NCBI GenBank assembly: GCA_965204755.1
Contig: OZ242011.1
Coordinates: 1,952,001-2,016,000, forward strand
DNA length: 64,000 bases
Reading direction: 5' to 3'
Source: Candidatus Marinacidobacterium sp.
GTDB taxonomy: Bacteria > Acidobacteriota > Vicinamibacteria > Marinacidobacterales > Marinacidobacteraceae
Shown: piece by piece, positions 60,286 through 64,000 of the stretch
Numbering within the stretch: the stretch's first letter is position 1
How the letters are laid out: the number at the start of each line of letters is the position of its first letter
Notes under the pieces: model-generated
Database searches by the model: none
The model's input: the letters and a program-made list of their open reading frames with translations, nothing else
What the model was told of the DNA's origin: nothing
Translations under genes and position numbers: made by a program

Positions 60286-61551
60286 ATGATCCGCCGTCTC
60301 CAAGCCCGGAACTACCGCTGCCTCCGGTATGTGGATCTTCGGTTGGACCGCTTCCAGGTCCTCGTCGGGCCGAACGCCAGCGGCAAGAGCACCGTGCTCG
60401 ATGCGGTGCGCTTCCTGGGCGATCTGGTTACTTCCGGGGTCGAGGCGGCGACGGAACGGCGCTCGCCGGACTTCCGGGACCTGGTGTGGGCCCGCCCGGA
60501 AGGCGGTGACGGCCTCGGCTTCGAACTCGCCGCCGAATTCGATCTCTCCGACGAAGACCCCGCCGCGCCCGAGGCGCCGCCCGATGACCGGGTGTTCCGC
60601 TACGAAGTCGCGGTCCGACAGGAAGACGGGGCGCCGCGCATCGCCCGGGAGCGCGGTCTCCTGGGTCGGCTCGGCGTCGGGGCTTTCCGACAGCGGCGTC
60701 AACGGTTCCCCGACCCGCAAGCCCCGCCGGAGACGATCTTCGTGAACGAAAACACTGCCGGCTACCGGCAGGTGTTGACGAAGTCCGGCGCGGGGCAGTC
60801 GCGCATCGAGCCGGAGTCGCGGGACCGGGTTGCGGAGGCGTGGGCGCCCGCCTGCGCCGTCGGCGGAGGCCGCTCCGCCCTCTCCGATCTACCGGGAGGG
60901 CCGGACGAGTTTCCCGCGGCGACTCGGAGCCGGCGGCTGCTGACCGAGACCCGACGACTCTTCCTCGACAGCGCCGCGCTTCGCCGACCTTCGCCTCCCG
61001 CGCCGCCGGGCGCCCTCTCCCCGGACGGATCCAACCTCGCTTGGCTCGTCCGGGAACTCCGGGCCGAGGACGAGCGGCGCTTCGCCGGATGGCTGCGGCA
61101 GGTGCGCTGCGCGCTGCCCGATGTCGTGGATGTTCGCGTGGTCGTCTCGGACGACGACCGCGCCCATCTGATGATCCGCTACGACACCGGTTTCGAGATT
61201 CCTTCGTGGGCGGTGTCCGAAGGAACGCTGCGCTTCCTGGCGCTGAGCCTCGTCCTTTTCCTTCCTGCGCCGGAGGTCATCTACCTGATCGAAGAACCGG
61301 AGGACGGCGTGTATCCACTGCTGATGCAGGATGTGGGAGAGGCGCTGTCGCCCGTGCATGGGCCGCAGGTTCTCGTGGCCACGCATTCTCCGGCGATGCT
61401 CACGGAAATGGAACCCAAGAACCTTCTATGTCTCGCGAAGGACGCGAACGGCGCGCCCGATGTCATCCCGGCAACCGCGCACCCCGATCTCGGTGACTGG
61501 GACGGGGTTCCCCGTGTCAGCGCACTGTTCGCTGCGGGAGCCCTGGAGTGA
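60286..61551 (+). CDS. ABC-type ATPase, MAD3-like, copy 4
   Basis: 421 aa. GPNASGKST, VSEGTLR, IEEPEDGVYP, ATHSP. Confidence 0.82.
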   Translation: MIRRLQARNYRCLRYVDLRLDRFQVLVGPNASGKSTVLDAVRFLGDLVTSGVEAATERRSPDFRDLVWARPEGGDGLGFELAAEFDLSDEDPAAPEAPPDDRVFRYEVAVRQEDGAPRIARERGLLGRLGVGAFRQRRQRFPDPQAPPETIFVNENTAGYRQVLTKSGAGQSRIEPESRDRVAEAWAPACAVGGGRSALSDLPGGPDEFPAATRSRRLLTETRRLFLDSAALRRPSPPAPPGALSPDGSNLAWLVRELRAEDERRFAGWLRQVRCALPDVVDVRVVVSDDDRAHLMIRYDTGFEIPSWAVSEGTLRFLALSLVLFLPAPEVIYLIEEPEDGVYPLLMQDVGEALSPVHGPQVLVATHSPAMLTEMEPKNLLCLAKDANGAPDVIPATAHPDLGDWDGVPRVSALFAAGALE

Positions 61552-62189
61552 CGGGTACCGACACGCGTCCGCGCCTCTTGGTGTTGACGGCCGATCGGCA
61601 CTCGACCGTGTCCGTCCGCACGCTCCTCGACACCCGGCGGAGGGCCTTGGGCATTCGACGCCTGGAGTTCCGGATACTCCGGCATCCCGAGTCCGACCCG
61701 GGTTGCCGGAAGCACGCCGTGGAGGAAGTGCGGCCTTACCTCCGCCGATTCGATCGGCTCGTCGTCGTGTTCGATCATGCCGGCTGCGGCAGCGCCGACC
61801 CGCCGGAACAAATCGAACGAACTCTGGAAGACGTCCTTGCCCGGAACGGCTGGAGGGATCGCGTGAAGGTCATCGTGGTCGCGCCCGAACTCGAAGCGTG
61901 GATCTGGGGGAGATCGGAGGCCGTGGCGCGAGTGCTCGGTTGGGAGGGCGGATTCGCCGCGCTCAGGACTTGGCTCGCCGAGCAGGGCCTTTGGCCTCCG
62001 GGAGACCCCAAGCCTCCCGACCCGAAACGAGCCGCCGAGCGGGTTCTCGGCCGGCGCGGAACGAGACTTACGGCCGACTTGTTCCGGGAATTGGCGTCAC
62101 GGGCGAGTTTCCGCGACTGCCGGGACCCCGCGTTCTGCGCGCTGCGCGACACTCTGCGGGAGTGGTATCCCGCGGGAGACGAACCATGA
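61548..62189 (+). CDS. TOPRIM-like partner (MAD4/DUF4276-like) of ATPase copy 4
   Basis: HPESDPGC, VVFDHAGCG, PELEAWIW, KPPDPK, CRDPAF. Confidence 0.72.
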   Translation: MTGTDTRPRLLVLTADRHSTVSVRTLLDTRRRALGIRRLEFRILRHPESDPGCRKHAVEEVRPYLRRFDRLVVVFDHAGCGSADPPEQIERTLEDVLARNGWRDRVKVIVVAPELEAWIWGRSEAVARVLGWEGGFAALRTWLAEQGLWPPGDPKPPDPKRAAERVLGRRGTRLTADLFRELASRASFRDCRDPAFCALRDTLREWYPAGDEP

Positions 62190-64000
62190 CCAAGAAGAAC
62201 CGGCCGACGCCGTGGCGCGAACTGGTGCATCTCAAGGAGGAACTGCGCTCCGGGGAACTCGCGCTGGCGGAATTCGCGGCCGACCTCCACGATGTGGTGA
62301 CCGCTTCGGGAAAGCGCCGCCTCTACGAGGACCCGGCGGAATTCTTCGCGCTCACCTACCTCACCCACCCGCTGCGGGAACTCGCGAAGGATGTCGCGCT
62401 CCGGCTCGCCGGGAAGAGCGACAAGGCGGTCCGGCAGTTGGAGTTGACCTACGGCGGCGGGAAGACCCACACGCTGATCACGCTCTACCACCTCTTCGGC
62501 TCCCCCCGCGAACTCCCCGACCTGCCGGCGGTGCGGGAATTCCGCGAGCACCTCGGCGAAACCCCGCCGCGCGCGTTCGCCGCCGCACTCTGCTTCGACA
62601 AGATCGACGCCGAGAAGGGGATCGACGGCGCGCGCGCCCCCGACGGCGCCGAGCGCTCGCTGAAGCACCCGTGGAGCGTCCTCGCCTACCAACTCGCCGG
62701 CGACGACGGACTGCGGGCGATCCACGCCGACGGCAAGCCCGAAGAACGCGAAACCCCGCCGGCGGAACCGCTGCTGGCGAAACTCCTGGAATCTCCGCGC
62801 GAACGCGGTATCCCTTCGACGCTGGTGCTGGTGGACGAGGTCCTGATGTACGCCGGCGAGAAGGCCGAACTCGATCCGGTCTGGGAATCGCGGCTCACCA
62901 ACTTCTTCCAGCACCTCTCGCAGGCGGTCGGCCGGGTGGACACCGCGGCGCTCGTCGTCTCGCTGCTGTCGAGCGATCCCACGAAGGCGCAGGGAGACGC
63001 CGCCGAAGGAGTGATTCGCGCCATCTCCGGCATCCTCCGGAGGACGCGGGACGAAGGCGTGGAGCCGGTCGGGAAGGAGGATGTGCCGGAGATCCTGCGC
63101 CGCCGCTTCTTCCCGCCGGACGACTTCCGCGACCTCGACGCCCACCGTCCGCAGGCCATCGCGGTGGCGCGGAACCTCACCGCGCTCGAATCCGATACCA
63201 AGAAGACCCGTCAGGCCACCGAAACCCGCCTGCTCGACAACTTCCCCTTCCACCCCGACCTCACCGATGTCTTCTACGGCAGGTGGACGCAACTCTCCGG
63301 CTTCCAGCGCACGCGCGGCATCCTTCGCGTGCTCGCTTCCGCCATGCGGCAAGCGGAGGAATGGGACAACGCGCCGCTGATCGGCCCGTCCGCGTTCCTC
63401 TCCGCTCCGGGCGCCTCGGGCCTCTCCGAATCCGTGCGGGAACTCGCGGACATCGCGACCAAGGAACCGGGGGACCGCTCGTCCGACTGGGCCGCGCTCC
63501 TCGCCACCGAGTTGGAGAAGGCGCGGCAGGCGCAGGACGAAACTCCGGCGCTGCTCGAAGGGCGCGAAATCGAACAGGCGGTGCTCGCCGTCTTCTTCCA
63601 CTCGCAGCCCGCCGGCCGGAAGGCCGGGACGCCGGACCTGCTGCGCCTCATCGGGAGCGGCGGCGCGAACCGGATCGAGTTGGAGAAAGGACTCCGGCGG
63701 TGGCGGCAACTGTCGTGGTTCCTCGACGACGAGGACACCGGACTCGCCGCCGCTTCGGACGAGATTCCCCGGTCCTGGCGGCTCGGCAACCGCCCGAACC
63801 TGCGGCAGATGCACGACGAGGCGGTGCGGCGGATCAGCGGCGATTCCGTGCGGGCGCGGCTGCTCGAGGGAATCAAGAAGGCGAAGAAGGCGCTGACCGA
63901 GGGCGCGCAGGGTGCGGGCGCCGTCGTCCACCTGCTCCCGCCCGCGCCGAAGGATGTCGCCGACGACGGCAAGTTCCGGTTCGTGGTGCTCCCGCCGGAG
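62186..64000 (+). CDS. DUF499 AAA+ ATPase, 3' end off window
   Basis: ATGA overlap. PWRELVHLKEEL..EFAADLHDV..YEDPAEFFALTY..YGGGKTH..LVDEV..FPFHP..FQRTRGILR. Not in the ORF track (no stop in window). Confidence 0.88.
   Translation, partial: MTKKNRPTPWRELVHLKEELRSGELALAEFAADLHDVVTASGKRRLYEDPAEFFALTYLTHPLRELAKDVALRLAGKSDKAVRQLELTYGGGKTHTLITLYHLFGSPRELPDLPAVREFREHLGETPPRAFAAALCFDKIDAEKGIDGARAPDGAERSLKHPWSVLAYQLAGDDGLRAIHADGKPEERETPPAEPLLAKLLESPRERGIPSTLVLVDEVLMYAGEKAELDPVWESRLTNFFQHLSQAVGRVDTAALVVSLLSSDPTKAQGDAAEGVIRAISGILRRTRDEGVEPVGKEDVPEILRRRFFPPDDFRDLDAHRPQAIAVARNLTALESDTKKTRQATETRLLDNFPFHPDLTDVFYGRWTQLSGFQRTRGILRVLASAMRQAEEWDNAPLIGPSAFLSAPGASGLSESVRELADIATKEPGDRSSDWAALLATELEKARQAQDETPALLEGREIEQAVLAVFFHSQPAGRKAGTPDLLRLIGSGGANRIELEKGLRRWRQLSWFLDDEDTGLAAASDEIPRSWRLGNRPNLRQMHDEAVRRISGDSVRARLLEGIKKAKKALTEGAQGAGAVVHLLPPAPKDVADDGKFRFVVLPPE

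Noticed and set aside
54173-61551. Diversity-generating retroelement TR/VR pairs
   Set aside because: No reverse transcriptase in the window. Differences between copies are not adenine-specific and span whole genes.

Overview
Very GC-rich (roughly 70-73% by eye) bacterial chromosome segment. Gene content suggests Acidobacteriota, possibly a marine or host-associated lineage (inference). Three zones: (i) 1-1.4 kb, the 5' end of a BREX-type locus (brxA-like, brxB/DUF1788) running off the left edge. (ii) 1.4-37.6 kb, housekeeping and metabolic genes: homoserine dehydrogenase, desaturase, amidohydrolase, hisN-like, several Tat-exported oxidoreductases, mutM, an Omp85/PD40 protein, dprA-topA-xerC, pncB plus nicotinamidase, serS, tRNA-Ser, tRNA-Gln. 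This zone also holds two strongly structured intergenic RNA candidates. (iii) 37.6-64 kb, a defence island. It starts with a DUF5131 + TcmP pair split by a duplicated ~145-bp structured RNA-like element. A >23-kb co-directional cluster follows, built on an XRE-SNF2-DUF3883 helicase / DUF1156 methyltransferase / DUF499 ATPase backbone. Toxin-like modules are inserted in this backbone and locally duplicated: DUF262+HEPN twice (one with a motif-eroded tandem DUF262), ABC-ATPase+TOPRIM (MAD3/MAD4-like) four times in various states, PIN + partner, and a Schlafen-like protein. Across the window AGCT appears absent and ACGT nearly absent, with AGTT/AACT and ATGT/ACAT in their place, which fits m5C deamination. 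All family assignments come from motif recognition by eye; no searches were run.
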